Assembly: GCF_001194135.2 (NCBI RefSeq)
Contig: NC_068984.1
Coordinates: 144,664,850-144,728,849, forward strand
Length of the DNA: 64,000 nucleotides
Direction of reading: 5' to 3'
Source: Octopus bimaculoides
Taxonomy: Eukaryota
Position 1 is the stretch's first letter; each line of letters begins with the position of its first letter. Under the pieces are notes generated by a model that saw only the letters and a program-made list of their open reading frames with translations, did no database searches and had not been told where the DNA came from. Positions 49,061 to 63,029 of this stretch are shown here, piece by piece. Made by a program: the position numbers and the translations under genes.

Positions 49061-50879
49061 ACTCATATCATCATCGTTTAATGTTCATTTTCCATGTTGG
49101 CATGGGTTGCGAGGTTTGACAGGATCCGTTGTGCTCTAAGGCCATTTCAAGTCCCAATGTCAGCTTTGGCATGGTTTGTATGACCAGATGCCCTTCCTAA
49201 TGCCAACCATTTTACAGATTGTACCATGTGCTTTTTTATGCAACTGGCATTAACAAGGTTACCAAGTAACTTGCAAGGCAAGAAAATAAAAAAAACGGGA
49301 AAAAGGAAAAGGAAAAAGACATGAGGAAAAGAACAAAAAAGTCTTGACTATATGGGGGTGGGGTAGGTTAGTGAATGATACACACACACACGCACACACA
49401 CATGCACACACACACACACACGCACACACACATATATATATATATCATTATCATTGTTCAACGTCTGTTTTCCATGCTGGCATGGGTTGGATGGTTTGAC
49501 TGAGGACTGACAAGCCAGAAGGCTGCACCAGGCTCCAATCTGATCTGGCAAGGTTTCTACAGCTGGATATCCTTCCTAATGCCAACCCCTCCTAGAGTGT
49601 AGTGGGTGCTTTTTTCATGCCACTGGCATGGGAGCCAGTCAGGCGGAACTGGCATCGACCACGTTCTGATGTTGATTATATATTATATACTGCTTGGCAC
49701 CTTGGGCAAGTGTGTCTTCCACTGAAGCCTCGGGCCAACCAAAGTCTTGTGAGTGGACTTGGTAGACAGAAACTGGAAGAAGCCTGTCGTATATATATAT
49801 ATATATATATNNNNNNNNNNNNNNNNNNNNNNNNNNNNNNNNNNNNNNNNNNNNNNNNNNNNNNNNNNNNNNNNNNNNNNNNNNNNNNNNNNNNNNNNNN
49901 NNNNNNNNNNNNNNNNNNNNNNNNNNNNNNNNNNNNNNNNNNNNNNNNNNNNNNNNNNNNNNNNNNNNNNNNNNNNNNNNNNNNNNNNNNNNNNNNNNNN
50001 NNNNNNNNNNNNNNNNNNNNNNNNNNNNNNNNNNNNNNNNNNNNNNNNNNNNNNNNNNNNNNNNNNNNNNNNNNNNNNNNNNNNNNNNNNNNNNNNNNNN
50101 NNNNNNNNNNNNNNNNNNNNNNNNNNNNNNNNNNNNNNNNNNNNNNNNNNNNNNNNNNNNNNNNNNNNNNNNNNNNNNNNNNNNNNNNNNNNNNNNNNNN
50201 NNNNNNNNNNNNNNNNNNNNNNNNNNNNNNNNNNNNNNNNNNNNNNNNNNNNNNNNNNNNNNNNNNNNNNNNNNNNNNNNNNNNNNNNNNNNNNNNNNNN
50301 NNNNNNNNNNNNNNNNNNNNNNNNNNNNNNNNNNNNNNNNNNNNNNNNNNNNNNNNNNNNNNNNNNNNNNNNNNNNNNNNNNNNNNNNNNNNNNNNNNNN
50401 NNNNNNNNNNNNNNNNNNNNNNNNNNNNNNNNNNNNNNNNNNNNNNNNNNNNNNNNNNNNNNNNNNNAGAGAGAGAGAGAGAGATTGTGTGCGTCCTTGT
50501 CTTGACGTAATGTGATGCTTTTAAATGATGATGATCATCATCATACAAGCAAAGTTGTTCATTTGCAGTCTTTCATGAAAAACATGTCTGACCACATCTG
50601 GAAAGAGAAAGAGGTTTGGCAAAAGGATGGGGGGGGGGACACCTGTCATAGAAAATCAACCTCAACAAGTTCCATTTGATTCATGCAAGCATAGAAAAGT
50701 GGATGATAAAGGATGACTGTGTTTATAACCTGAGTGCAGCTACATCTACAGAAGTATCCTTCACTAAACACCACCACAAACAGTCAATGACTAAATAGCT
50801 GCACTTTCTGAGTTTGCCACTTTGGGTTCCACTCAAGAGACAGGTCACTTCAGTGAATACCCAAAGTAAAGAAAAACTT

Positions 50880-51290
50880 AGAGAGGGAACAGACTAAAAT
50901 CTTTGAATTCTCCCAAAAATGAAAGTAGAAAAGATATGCAGTGATATACATCTAGAGAATCCTGGAAGGACTTGTACCAAACTTTGGCACCAAAAGTTAC
51001 ACAAACAGCAGAATGGGGCACCACTGTATAATGCCAAAGATCCCAACATTGTGTCAAAGATACAGGACCAGATACTGCAACAGCTTGGGTTTGAAGGGCC
51101 CACAACTTTTAAATGCTTGAGAGACCTGCACAGTGTGGATGTAGGGGCCTTCAAAACAAAACTAGATCTCCTCCTGTTAAGGGCTCTGGATGAACCTACT
51201 GCATGACAGGATATGCAGATGAGGGCAGCATCAAATGTCACACATCAGAGGAGGTGCCAGGTAGAAAAGGTGTGGCAAAGCTAACAAAAG
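50880..51290 (+). mobile_element. CR1-like LINE 3' end relic
   Basis: LGFEGPTTFKCLRDLHSVDVGAFKTKLDLLLLRALDEPT resembles a CR1-group C-terminus. Confidence 0.6.
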
Positions 51291-53059
51291 TGATCCAATA
51301 TGGCTGCAGTTCTCAAGCTGAAACTAGTTGCCAAATCGGACTGGAGCCTGGTGCAGCCTCCCGTCTTGCCAGTCCTCAGTCAAACAATCCAACCTATGCC
51401 AGCAAGGAAAGCAGACGTTAAATGATGATATACATATAGCAGATACTGGAAGACAATGCAGTCCTTGGGCCAGTGGACCCTGTCAAACTACCTAACCCAT
51501 GCCAACATGGATAATGGATGTTAAAGGATGATGATGGGCTATGTGGTTCAACCTCCTGACATTTGAGAGACGGAAACTGTATTGAATCTTGTTGCCACCA
51601 TTGCTGTCATTATCAATATCATCATCCTTTTATGTCTGTCTTACTTGTGGGTGTGTCTTCACATTGGCACCACTTGGCGAGAGCAGTAACATTTGTTTAC
51701 ATCCTTCATAAACAAAATATTCTGTAGTTTTGTGGTTAAACAAGCAAAGACCAAAGGGAAAAAGTTATCTTGTTTGAAATGAAGTGAGGATTGGTATGAG
51801 GAAAGACATCCAATGAGAGAGTCCTGCCTCGTGAAGTCTCACTCAACCCATCCCAGAATAACCATGATGCTATATTAAAAACATGGAAAACAGATGTTAA
51901 ATGATGATGATGATCACACACACACACACACTATACATCATCGTTTAATGACCATCTTCCATACTGACAAGAATGAGGCAGTCTGACAGGATCCAACAAA
52001 AGCCGGACAACTGAGTTGAGGATCTAAGTCTTCCTTAAGATGGTTTCTTGTCATGGTTTCTATAGCTGGATGCTCGTCCTGATACCAACCACTTTACAGA
52101 ATGTCATCAAGGCAGAGTTGGCTTTTTGTCAGGTGTTGAGAGGTTAAAATGTAATAAAGAGACAGGCATCTTGCTATAGAAAAGCTACATAGCTACTTTG
52201 CATTATGTAGAAGAGGATGGGAGCAACTGGAAAGATGACAGAGGTGTTGGTGATGAAGTGTTGGAGCATACGGTCAAGGAAGAAGAAGAAGGAGGAAGAA
52301 TAAGAGAGAATACAGACTGAGGATGTGGAATATAGACTGAGGATGGGTGAATGAGTTCATAGGAGTGTGAGAAGAGAGTGGCTGGTGGTTATGGATGGGA
52401 GTAAAGATGAATGGAATAACTGATGTACAGGTGTAGTGAATGGGGGAGAAGGTAAAAGAAATACCCCAAGGAAGTGGAGGAGGAGGTGACAAGGGGCAAT
52501 AGAGGAAGGGTGGAAAGCAGCAGTTTAATAAACCTGTAAGTAGAGCAGAAAATAAGATGGTGTGCAGTGATGGTGGTGTCAGGGTAGAGAGATGTACATA
52601 GACAAAGATGGAGGTTAGACATACAAAGTGGAGGTTACTTTATTCCCTACAAAGAATGGGGAATAAAGGTGGTGGCAGTGGTGGATATGAGAGGGTGCTA
52701 AAGATGGGGTATGGCAATTTAGCTGAGAAGACAGGAAAAGGTACCTGGAGACACTGAAAGGGACGATCAGTAAAAATAAAGTGGGAAGGGGTGATATTGA
52801 GCATGAAGGATGGATGTTAAGGGAAGTGGTGGTTCTAGGGAGAGGTGGAGGTCACCATTGGCAAAAAAAAAAAGGGAACAAGTATCAAGCAGATTCTGCT
52901 GTCATATGATTACAACAGCTGAATAGAATTATAATTAAAAGAGTGATGAATGGATGGGTGTGTTAGGAATATGGGAAGGCTTGACAGGGACAGACTGGGT
53001 GCAGGAGTAGGGCCCAATAAGTGTGTAAACATGAACCCAATGCTTTTAGGAGCTCACTT

Positions 53060-53280
53060 TTATTATAACTTATTGGTTCCATCAAGCACAGAAAAATGTC
53101 ATTAATTTCAGTTCTTTGTCCTCTTCTCCCTCAGATTCAGCATCAAAGACCAAAGAACTCTGTCAAGGGATATTTCCTGATTGACAAAAGCAAAGTACAA
53201 TGGTTTACTTTTAGCTGAATTCCTCTCCAGCAGAAGGATGCCCTGGCACAAAACCAAAGTGCATCTCGTGCAAACTAATT
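53060..53280 (-). mobile_element. RTE-like reverse-transcriptase N-terminal relic
   Basis: MHFGFVPG...KPLYFAFVNQEISLDRV resembles QFGFVPG..KPLYLAFVDLEKAFDRV. Confidence 0.45.
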
Positions 53281-53499
53281 CTCTTCTAAATTAATTAGGC
53301 TATAACATCTTTCAGGAACTTTCATGACCTGGTCCAAAAATTCTTCAAGGTGGTGCCCCAGCATGGCTGCAGTCTAATGACTGAAACAAGTAAAAGATAT
53401 ATGCACACACACACATGTAATAAGAAGTGTTTCCTAACCATGTGGCACCTTGGGTAAGCGTCTTCAACTATGGCTCTAAACTGATCAAAACCTTGAGAG

Positions 53500-53531
<32 letters not shown>

Positions 53532-55009
53532 TGAGAGAGACAATTATATAATTATGATTAAGGCTACTAGAGAGGTATCACCATGCTAAATATAGCAGTC
53601 AAAATATAGCATTTTTGACTGCTATATCTAGGATAGTGGTACCTCTCCAGTACTCTTAATCATAGTTATATTTATATAATTATATATCTATAGTAATTAT
53701 TACCTATATGGTTTTTTCGATGCTGGCCACTTGATATGATCGTTATTTTAAATAATGTTGAGTGAATCGAGCCCAGTACTTATTGATTTTGCTAAGTCTG
53801 GTACTAATTCTATCGTTCTTTTTTTATCAGACTGCTTAGTTACAGAGAGGTAAACATGCCAACATCAGTTGAGAGGGGGGGACAAACACAGACGTATACG
53901 ACAGACTGGCCATGCTGGGACACCACCTAGGAAAGTTTTAGTTGAACGAACTGACTCCAGTACTTTTTTTATAATAAGCCTAATTTTTATATTAAGCCTA
54001 ATCATTCCCTTTTACTGAACTGCTAAGTTCCAGGGACATAAACACACCAACATCGGTTGCCAAGTGGTGGTGAGGGACAAACACAGACACAAAATCATAA
54101 AAACACACAAATATGTATATGGTGGGCTTCTTTCAGTTTCCATCTATCAAATCCACTCAGAAGGATTTGGTTGGCCTGAGGCTATAGTAGAAGACATTTG
54201 CTCAAGGTGCCATGCAGTGGGACTGAACCCAGAACCATCTAGTTGGTAAGCAAGTTACTTACCACACAGCCACGTATATATATATATATATATATATAAT
54301 TATGTGTATTTCTTCTATCTTAATGAATAAAAATTCTTCTGATAGAATAAATGGGTTAATAGAAACCAATGTAGCAAAGAACACAAAATAACTGTGGTTA
54401 GCTCCTGTTTTTAAGGCAGGAACTCCTTGAAATTTTGGGTATTTGAGTATATTTAAGAATTTAAGGATTGGAGAAAACGCATGTTATATATATATATATA
54501 TATATACATACATACACACACACCACAGGCTCTTTCAGTTTCCTTCTACCAAATCCATTCAGAAGGTTTTGGTCGACCCGAGGCTATAGTAGAAGACATT
54601 TGCCCAAGGTGTCATGCAGTGGGACTGAACCCAGAACCATGTGGTTGGAAAGCAAGCTACTTACCACACAGCAAGTCTAAGAATGGAGGTGATGGTGTTA
54701 TAAAAGATTGTTCATTGTGATCATTTCCTAAATACATCATAGATATAAATATAAAGGATTATGCAATACTACAAGGTATTGCATGTGATGCAATCCCGTC
54801 TCTTCAGAGTAAGAGCAAAAAAGTAATACAGGTGTGGCTGTGTGGGAGGTTTGCTTCTCAGCCACGTGGTTCCAAGTTCAGTCCCACAGTGTGGCACTTT
54901 GGGTGAGTGTCTACTAATATAGCCTTGGGTTGACCAAAGTCTTGAGAGAATTTGGTGGATGGAAACTGAAAGAAGCCCATCGTGTGTGTGTGTGTGTGTG
55001 TGTCTGTGC

Positions 55010-55054
<45 letters not shown>

Positions 55055-55061
55055 TGCAGGA

Positions 55062-55430
55062 GTGGCTGTGTGGAAAGTAGCTTGCTTACCAATGACATGG
55101 CTCCAGGTTCAGTCCCATTGCGTGGTACCTTGGGTAAGTGTTTTCTACTATAGCCTTGGGCCAACCAAAGTCTTGTGAGTGGATTTGGTAGACAGAAACT
55201 GAGAGAAACCTGTCATATATGTGTGTGTGCATGTGTGTGTGTGTCCACCGTCGCTTGACAACCGATGCTGGTGTGTTTATGTCCCTGTCACTTAGTGATT
55301 CAGTATAAAGAGACCGATAGAATAAGTACTAGGCTTACAAAGAATAAGTCCTGGGGTCGATTTGTTCAACTAAAGGCAGTGCTCCAGCATGACTGCAGTC
55401 AAATGACAGAAACAAGTAAAAGAATAAAAG
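55062..55430 (+). mobile_element. tRNA-derived SINE family B (near full copy; more than 12 copies in the window)
   Basis: Head GGCTGTGTGG..GGTTCAGTCCC, body CCTTGGG..TTCTACTATAGCC..GGATTTGGTAG, internal (TA/TG)n, 3' GGTGCTCCAGCATG..GAAACAAGTAAAAG. Other copies at about 13330-13830, 17070-17370, 34310-34630, 39580-39705, 46785-47190, 48530-48710 and 53330-55860. Confidence 0.88.
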
Positions 55431-55431
55431 A

Positions 55432-55462
<31 letters not shown>

Positions 55463-58206
55463 AAAAAGTCTTTAGCAGTCCTCCAGTAACAGGGTACTGT
55501 GACAAGCCCTCTTCTGTTTATTATTCACAAAAATGCCACTGAAAACACCATCAAACATAGCAAAAAAAAATTAAATGATAATAATAAAAAAAAAATCTTT
55601 GTAGATGATTCTATGTTCCAGAAAGTCATCAAAATGAATATGTGACAAAACAAAACTCCAATCTGATATATACACTGTATACACATATATATGACAGGCT
55701 TCTTTCAGTTTCCGTCTACCAAACCCACTCACAAGACTTTGGTTAGCCCGAAGCTATAGTAGAAGACACTTGCCCAAGGTGCCACGCAGTGGGATTGAAC
55801 CCGGAACCATGTGGTTGGTAAGCAAGCTACTTACCACACAGTAACTCCTGCACCTATATATATTATCTATCTACATCCATCCTTATAAAAAGCAAAATTT
55901 GTTTGTTTGTATGTTGACTGCTGAAAACATTAAATAAAACTGATAATATTTCAGGTTTTTCATGTCATTTAAATTAATTTGACCGTTTCGCAGATAACTG
56001 TGCACTTATTTTCTGAAAACGGAATGAGGGAGATGTGGAGTTCGTGGTGTATTGGCTCCTATTTCTAGCAATCCACCTACTGTCTATTTCATCATAAAGC
56101 TTTTTAAAGAGTGAAAAAATACTCCACCTATCACTCAATCCACCTCCAAGATTACATTTATTCCTTTGAAGTTGCCGCCAGACTTCTGCTTTCTCTGTCT
56201 CTATGTCCCTCTCTATCTCTCTCATTATCTTCCTCTCTCGTTGGTTGTATATGTGTCTCTCTCTCTCGCACTACCTCTATCTCTTTATCTCTCTAGAGAA
56301 AAAACATGTGTGAGAGAGAGAAAGGGGGTTATGGAGAAAAAACAAGTGAGACGCTGGACCTCTGCTTTCTCTCCGTCTTTGTGTTCCTCTCTATGTCTCT
56401 ATCTCACTATCTCTCCCTCTCTCTTGTTGTATATGCCTGTCTCTCTCATTCCGTCTACCTCTTTTTCTGTTTGGAGAAGAAATACGCGAGACAGATAAAT
56501 GTATGGTTGTCCTGTAATAAAGTTAAATGTATGAATATTCTTTTCTACTCTAGGTGCAAGGCCCGAAATTCTGGGGGGGGGGGGTCAGTCGATTAGATCG
56601 ACTCCAGTATGCAACTGGTACTTAATTTATCAACTTCAAAAGAATGAAAGGCTAAGTCGACCTCAGCAGAATTTGAACCCAGAACATAAAAAAACAGTTG
56701 AAATACCACTAAGCATTTCGCCCAGTGTGCCAATGTTCCTGCCAGTTCTCTGTATGAATATTTACATAATTGTCAAAAATCAAAATCACAATAAAAAATG
56801 GAAATTGTAGTTGTGGCAGATGTCAGTTTCGCTTGACTGGCTCTCGGGCTTGTGGCATGCAATAAGCACCATTCATGTGTGGGTCGTTGCCAGTGTCGCC
56901 TGACTGGCTCCCCATGCTGGTGGCACGTAAAAAGCACCCATTACACTCTCAGAATGGCAGGTGTCAGGAAGGGCATGCAGCTGTAGAAACATGCCAGATT
57001 ATATTGGAGCCTGGTGCAACCTCCTGGCTTGCCAGTCCTCAGTTAAACCGTCCAACCCATACCAGCGTGGAAAACGGAGTTAAATGATGATGATGATGAC
57101 GATACAGGTGTGCATGTTTATCGTGTACACCTGTATCTATGAATATTGAATTGAGAAGTTGGCAATGTAGTTGGCCATGAAGTTTGCTTTGTAACCCCAT
57201 GGTTTTAGGTTCAGTCCCATTCTATGGCACCTCATTCTTGAGCCTCGCACCAAAGCCCTGGAGCTGTGAAAGCACCGAGTCGAATTGTTCGGCAGAAACT
57301 GAAAGCAGTCAGCAATGGTGTGTGTGTGTGTGGGGGGGGGTTTCAATATCATTTAATAGGTAAACATGGCCAGACATGTTTTTCACGGATGACTGGAAAT
57401 GTATAGTCTCGCTTTCATGACAGAGATGCTTGTTCGCAACCATCATCAGATGTCTAGACTGATACACACATGGCTTCTGCAATATAGATGATTATTAAAT
57501 AAATCATCGTATATATATAAATTCAGATCTTTAATACAATAAATACATGTAGGTGTCTTAATCATTCAATGCTTACACACAATCATACTTAATGCACTTC
57601 ATAGAAAATACGTGTTTATACATATAGATCACATGGACTAAATGCATGATATATATATATATGATCATATATGTGTGTGTGTGTGTGTGCGTGTGTGATG
57701 AGATATGTGTGTGTGATCATGTATGTGTAATTGAAACTGTGCTGGTGCTTTACTCATCATCTATTTATACATTTTGTATAATTTCTCCATTATATATACA
57801 TGATCAAGTATGTATATAAATATATGTTGTTCATGTCCTGTTGCTTGTATTTGTAATTGTGTACCATTTCTCCGTTTTCTTCCGTCCTTGTTTTTGTATA
57901 CATTCGCTATCTTCCAAGGAATCTAATGCTCTTAGCTTGGATTTTCTTTGGGGCTGGCCAGATTGGAGCAGTCTTTAGTATAACCAGCCGAAACTGCAAA
58001 GATAATCTGGAACTTGACTGACGAAAGAAAACTCCGAATGATCTATCCTTGTCTTTTCTTGTCCTTTTTTGTATTATCTGTCTGGATGTCTTGTTGTCGT
58101 GTTCTTGTCCCATTTTTTTGTATTCTTATATATATATATGATCATGTATGTATATATATATGTGTGTGTGTTTGTCTATTTTTTTTTTTTGCCAAATAAA
58201 CACATG

Positions 58207-58241
<35 letters not shown>

Positions 58242-59254
58242 CATCATTTAACGTCTGCTTTCCATGCTAGCATGAGTTGGACGATTTGACTGGGGACTGG
58301 CGAACCATATGGCTGCACCAAACTCCAATCTGATCTGGCAGAGTTTCTACAGCTGGATGCCCTTCCTAACGCCAACCACTCCGAGAGTGTAGTGGGTGAT
58401 TTTTACGTGTATATATATATATATATATTGTTTTTGTTCATTTGTTTATTAACGTTATTTTATTATTTTGATGCCTGTCCATTGTCCAGAAATCTTTCGT
58501 CACATTTGTGACCTCTTCCGCGACATTTTTTGATTCCGTGTGTGTTCTTGCTCCACTTACCTCATTCTGTTCTTCTAAGATGTGTATCCTTATCTGCACA
58601 TGCATATGTCTCCTTGTTTGTGCATGTGCATGTGTGCGTATGCATGTGTGTGTGTCGTAGCTTTTAGCAGTAGTGTGGCCTTCCTTTCAGTCCCAACTTC
58701 TCACCCCATTGTGTTGCTACTGTCCTAAGACCTGAGAAAAAAGCAAAAAGGTACAGTTCCTGTATTCCTCTGTGTATGTGTGTGTGTTCGTCCATGGCGT
58801 TGTCATTGTGGTAGTTGTTGTTGCAGTTAATGCTGTCGTTGGCACCGCCGCTGCTACTGGCCGTGTTAGTTGTGTTGTTGACATCATATGGCTGTTCATG
58901 AGGTTTCATCTGTGTGTGTGTGTATGTATGTGGGGGGGGGGGGTCATTTCATATGTATCCATGCTCTTTAGTTTTATTTATTTATTTTATTTATNNNNNN
59001 NNNNGGGGGGGGGGGGTCATTTCATATGTATCCATGCTCTTTAGTTTTATTTATTTATTTTATTTATCTGTCTTACATTTTACAGGTATGTGACAGATAT
59101 ATTTATCTATTTATTTACTTTTTTTTAATACATCTATCCATTTCTCATAAGTATCAAGGTAAGTGCATATATGTCTATTGTGTGTGTATTACTCTGTATC
59201 TGTGTATTATTTACGGGTTTATATTTCTTTTCCCTTCCTTTTTCTCTTCACATC

Positions 59255-60450
59255 TCTGCTGTCTTTAGTCATGTGGTGTGATATGGTGATGGGTGTTACT
59301 GTTCCATTCATGTTTCCCATTGAGGCTTGGTCTGTCTACTGTTATGTGTGTAGCTTCTGTAATCTAAGTGTCGTGTCAGTTCTACATGTTGATAGTACTT
59401 TAACCTTTATGCTATTAATCGAGCCTCCAACTTTAGTCTGAGCCTGTTGGTAGAGCACTGACGAGCTTTTCCCTTCTTTGAGCTCTCGCCAATGTTCATC
59501 TATACACTCTCCTATGCTGCATGCAGTTTCTCCTATGTAGGTAGTTGTCATGTTTCTGCACCATCCCTCAGCACATCGTAAACTATACACTACATTCCTA
59601 ATCTTATGGTTAGCCTATGGTTTCATCCTACATACAACACAATTGTACTCTGTACAGGGGGACTTATCAAAGGGATAGGTATTGCGGATCAGGGATTTTA
59701 AAGGGGCACCAGCCCTCTTTACTACTTTAATTCGTAGATTAGCCTTACTGCTTTTCTAAAAGGGTGTGCTAGTTCACCGCTTATTCCATTATTACAATCC
59801 AGAATATAGTTGCTGCCATTGTTGCATTGATGTACGTATTAAAGTTGAACATTCTGGAAATATTGTTTGCAGAGCTATTCTACAGGGTGTCCAAAAAGTC
59901 TGGGTACATGAGGATTAACACATACTTTAAGAAATTATTATTTCTTATATTTAATTGTTTATGTTATGAGTTTATTTACTCCATGTACCCAGACCTTGTG
60001 GACACCCTGTATAACAATTTTTTTTGTATTGTTTTGTCACCATTACACATGTTTCATTTGCTAATAGGAATCACCAAGTTGTACATGTTGGAAAAACATC
60101 TAGGAAATTTCAATGAACATGACACACTGGTATTTTTTGTTGTCATACCAAGTGTTGGCCTTATTTATCTTATTACGGGTCCTTTCTGTGCTGTCCCAGG
60201 AATTACTCCTGTACAGTAGGAAGATCCCCTTAGCATCACACTCAATGATGGCTTTGTACTTAGTCCTGGCTCCTTTGTCTACTCTAATCCTGTCCCTTTG
60301 GTTGTAGTCAGAGAACTGCAAGCGGTGGATGAAGTGTTGTATGTATCTTTCCAATTCCATAGGGTTGCACATGCAAGACACATTCCTCATCTCATCAAGT
60401 CAGCCATCAGAATGTTGAACTTGGCGCTGTCCGCAATATATGATCAGATA
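59255..60450 (-). mobile_element. Penelope-like element relic (post-RT linker plus GIY-YIG endonuclease)
   Basis: RNVVYSLRCAEGWCRNMTTTYIGETACSIGECIDEH ... EATHITVDRPSLNGKHEW (GIY-YIG). Upstream: RLQFSDYNQRDR..LYRSNSW..TWYDNKKYQCVMFIE. Confidence 0.8.
59881..60011. mobile_element. Tc1/mariner-derived MITE with about 30-bp TIRs and TA target duplication
   Basis: TA-CAGGGTGTCCAAAAAGTCTGGGTACATG ... CATGTACCCAGACCTTGTGGACACCCTG-TA. Confidence 0.9.
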
Positions 60451-62063
60451 TATATATAGATATGTATGTGTGTGTGTGTATATATGCATATATATATATA
60501 TATATATANNNNNNNNNNNNNNNNNNNNNNNNNNNNNNNNNNNNNNNNNNNNNNNNNNNNNNNNNNNNNNNNNNNNNNNNNNNNNNNNNNNNNNNNNNNN
60601 NNNNNNNNNNNNNNNNNNNNNNNNNNNNNNNNNNNNNNNNNNNNNNNNNNNNNNNNNNNNNNNNNNNNNNNNNNNNNNNNNNNNNNNNNNNNNNNNNNNN
60701 NNNNNNNNNNNNNNNNNNNNNNNNNNNNNNNNNNNNNNNNNNNNNNNNNNNNNNNNGACAGTAAATCAAAATTCCATAAATACTATCAGCAATTCTGCAT
60801 TGACTTGAATGGAAAAATGTCACTCAAGAAGGACTTCAGTTTAAACAATTTTCCTGCTGTTTCATATTTAGATGCTTTTATTAAATTCATTCAGTTGTTA
60901 AGCATAAATAAATCTTGGAAGTGAATGGCTTTGATTTACTGTCAGGTGACTTTTGGCCAACCCTGTATATATATATATATTTTATTTATTTATTTATTTA
61001 TGGGTTTCAGCCAAGTGGCTGTGGTCATGCTGGAGCACCAATTTTATCATGTATGTATGCGTATATATACATATATATATATATATAATCATGTGTGTGT
61101 ATCATCATTGTCATCATCGTTTAATATCCGCCTTCCATGCTGGCATGGGTGACACACACACACACACACACATTTGTCTTTTTGGTTGGATTGTTTTTCT
61201 TCTGTCTTCTCACCGACCACTCATATGTCGTCTTCAATGGAGGTCTGAAATTCCATCAAACAGACCTTGGCTCAAGCTAACATCCATCCATCCATCCATC
61301 ATGGGAACAGATTGCCATGGATAGGACAACCCGGAGGACTGCTATCCGCAATGGATTCAGCACCTTCGAGCAGAACAGACAACAGAATGAGGAAGCAAAA
61401 CGCAGGAGAAGAAAGGAGTGTTTTCAACGTCCTCGACCCGCACTGACCATCCCATGCGAGTTCTGCCCATGACTCTTTCACCACCAACTTGGACTCCAAA
61501 GTCACTTTCGGTACAAACATCAATCGAGGAGACTGGATGGAAACTGACAAACCCAATGCTCAGATACAAGCTGGAGCTGACGATATGTCTATATGCATGT
61601 ATATGATCATGTATACATGCTTATTATGTTATGTATATATGTCTCTTGCAATATACATGCAAATATGCAGGTGTATAATATACTTCCTTATATTACTCTA
61701 AATATATATATATATATATATACCTCTCCATTATATGTACCTAAGCTATAAAAGTGAATGGAGGGTGAGGTAGATAGAAACAAAGAGAAACAGTGTCTGG
61801 GAGAGAGAGTGACTGAAGGGGAACAGTAAGAGGCGAGGTGAAATAATGACAATGTGTAAGGAGGGAGAGAGAAAGAAAGAGAAGACATTGAGTAAGAGTG
61901 AAAAGAAGAAGGGGAGGTGTAGCTGTTAGCGATTTGCTATAAATAACTAGCACCTTGAGCAAGTATCTTCAATCACAGTGTTGGGTTATGAAATTTGATA
62001 GATGAAAACTGGGCACCACTTTAGTGTGCGGTCGACCTGTTTATTTACACTTCAGCACACAGT

Positions 62064-62140
62064 CTAATCTTAACCTTAAATCCTAAATCTTAACCCTGAC
62101 CCTAACCCCAAACCTGAACTAACCCTTAATCCTAAACCAG
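62064..62140. repeat. Degenerate interstitial telomere-like (CCCTAA)n tract
   Basis: ctaatcttaaccttaaatcctaaatcttaaccctgaccctaaccccaaacctgaactaacccttaatcctaaacc. Confidence 0.65.
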
Positions 62141-63029
62141 ATCAGGTCATTTCACAGCACAGACTATGGATACTGTAGTAGCATCAAAAGACATACAGAA
62201 ACCAGTCTTATTTATGTGCAGTAAACTTGTCCTGTTATTTAGCATTATGCTCTCACCTGCTCCTCGGATATTTTTTAGTGAAGTTCATTCATTTATAAAT
62301 ATTCAAATGAGGTCTGGAAATAATTCTGTATCTTCCGATGCTGCTTCTTACAACTGCAACCTGTGCATTATGGCTGCTTCCAGCTTTTTCTTTTCAGTCA
62401 CAGTGACCTTGAGGAGACGACAGGCACCACCTCTCCACCGTTTGTCTAAGATAGTGGGTTCCCATACAGAGCAATGTGACACATCACAGAATCATCATTA
62501 TCAGATTTACTGAAGTCTGCTGTGAAAACTGCGTTATCAGATTAAAAAAAACAACACAAAAACTGAAAATCTAAATATAATGTCTTCATATCTAAAGTTT
62601 ATTTATTGAATACAAAGTAATTAATTCTTAAAAAAAATTAATGAATCGGTAGAGTTGTGATTGTCTTTGATAAAATACCTTGTGGTATTGATTCTGGCTC
62701 TCTGCATTCCTAATTTAAAATCCACCGAGGGACTTAAACTTAGAGACACTTAAAATCGAACAGCTCAGTCTATCTAGCTGTAAATATGTACCACTAGGTA
62801 TTTGTAGTGAGCCCATGACAAAGGTGCTCAATTTTCAACAGTCCAGTTTATTTAGCTGTAAGAAGGTATCACACCGAGACATAGTGCTACTCTGTTCATT
62901 TTTACTTAACAGTTCATCTTTGAGGACCGGGGGGGGGGGGTGTCACTAAGTAACGTACCAGTCCAGGTCCCAGGTCAGTGGCCAATTGATAAAATTGTTT
63001 GAACTCTAGATGAGGTACTTTGTTTGCAG

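Noticed and set aside
55974-56225. 83-aa minus ORF and nearby CCAAT-like motif
   Set aside because: It starts in a GA microsatellite; isolated short motifs are expected by chance.
58664-58909. ORF containing GCC ATG GAC GAA, considered as CREBL2 exon 1 (vertebrate MDDSK)
   Set aside because: No phase-0 donor is compatible with the 33133 acceptor, and the ATG runs into a CA microsatellite.
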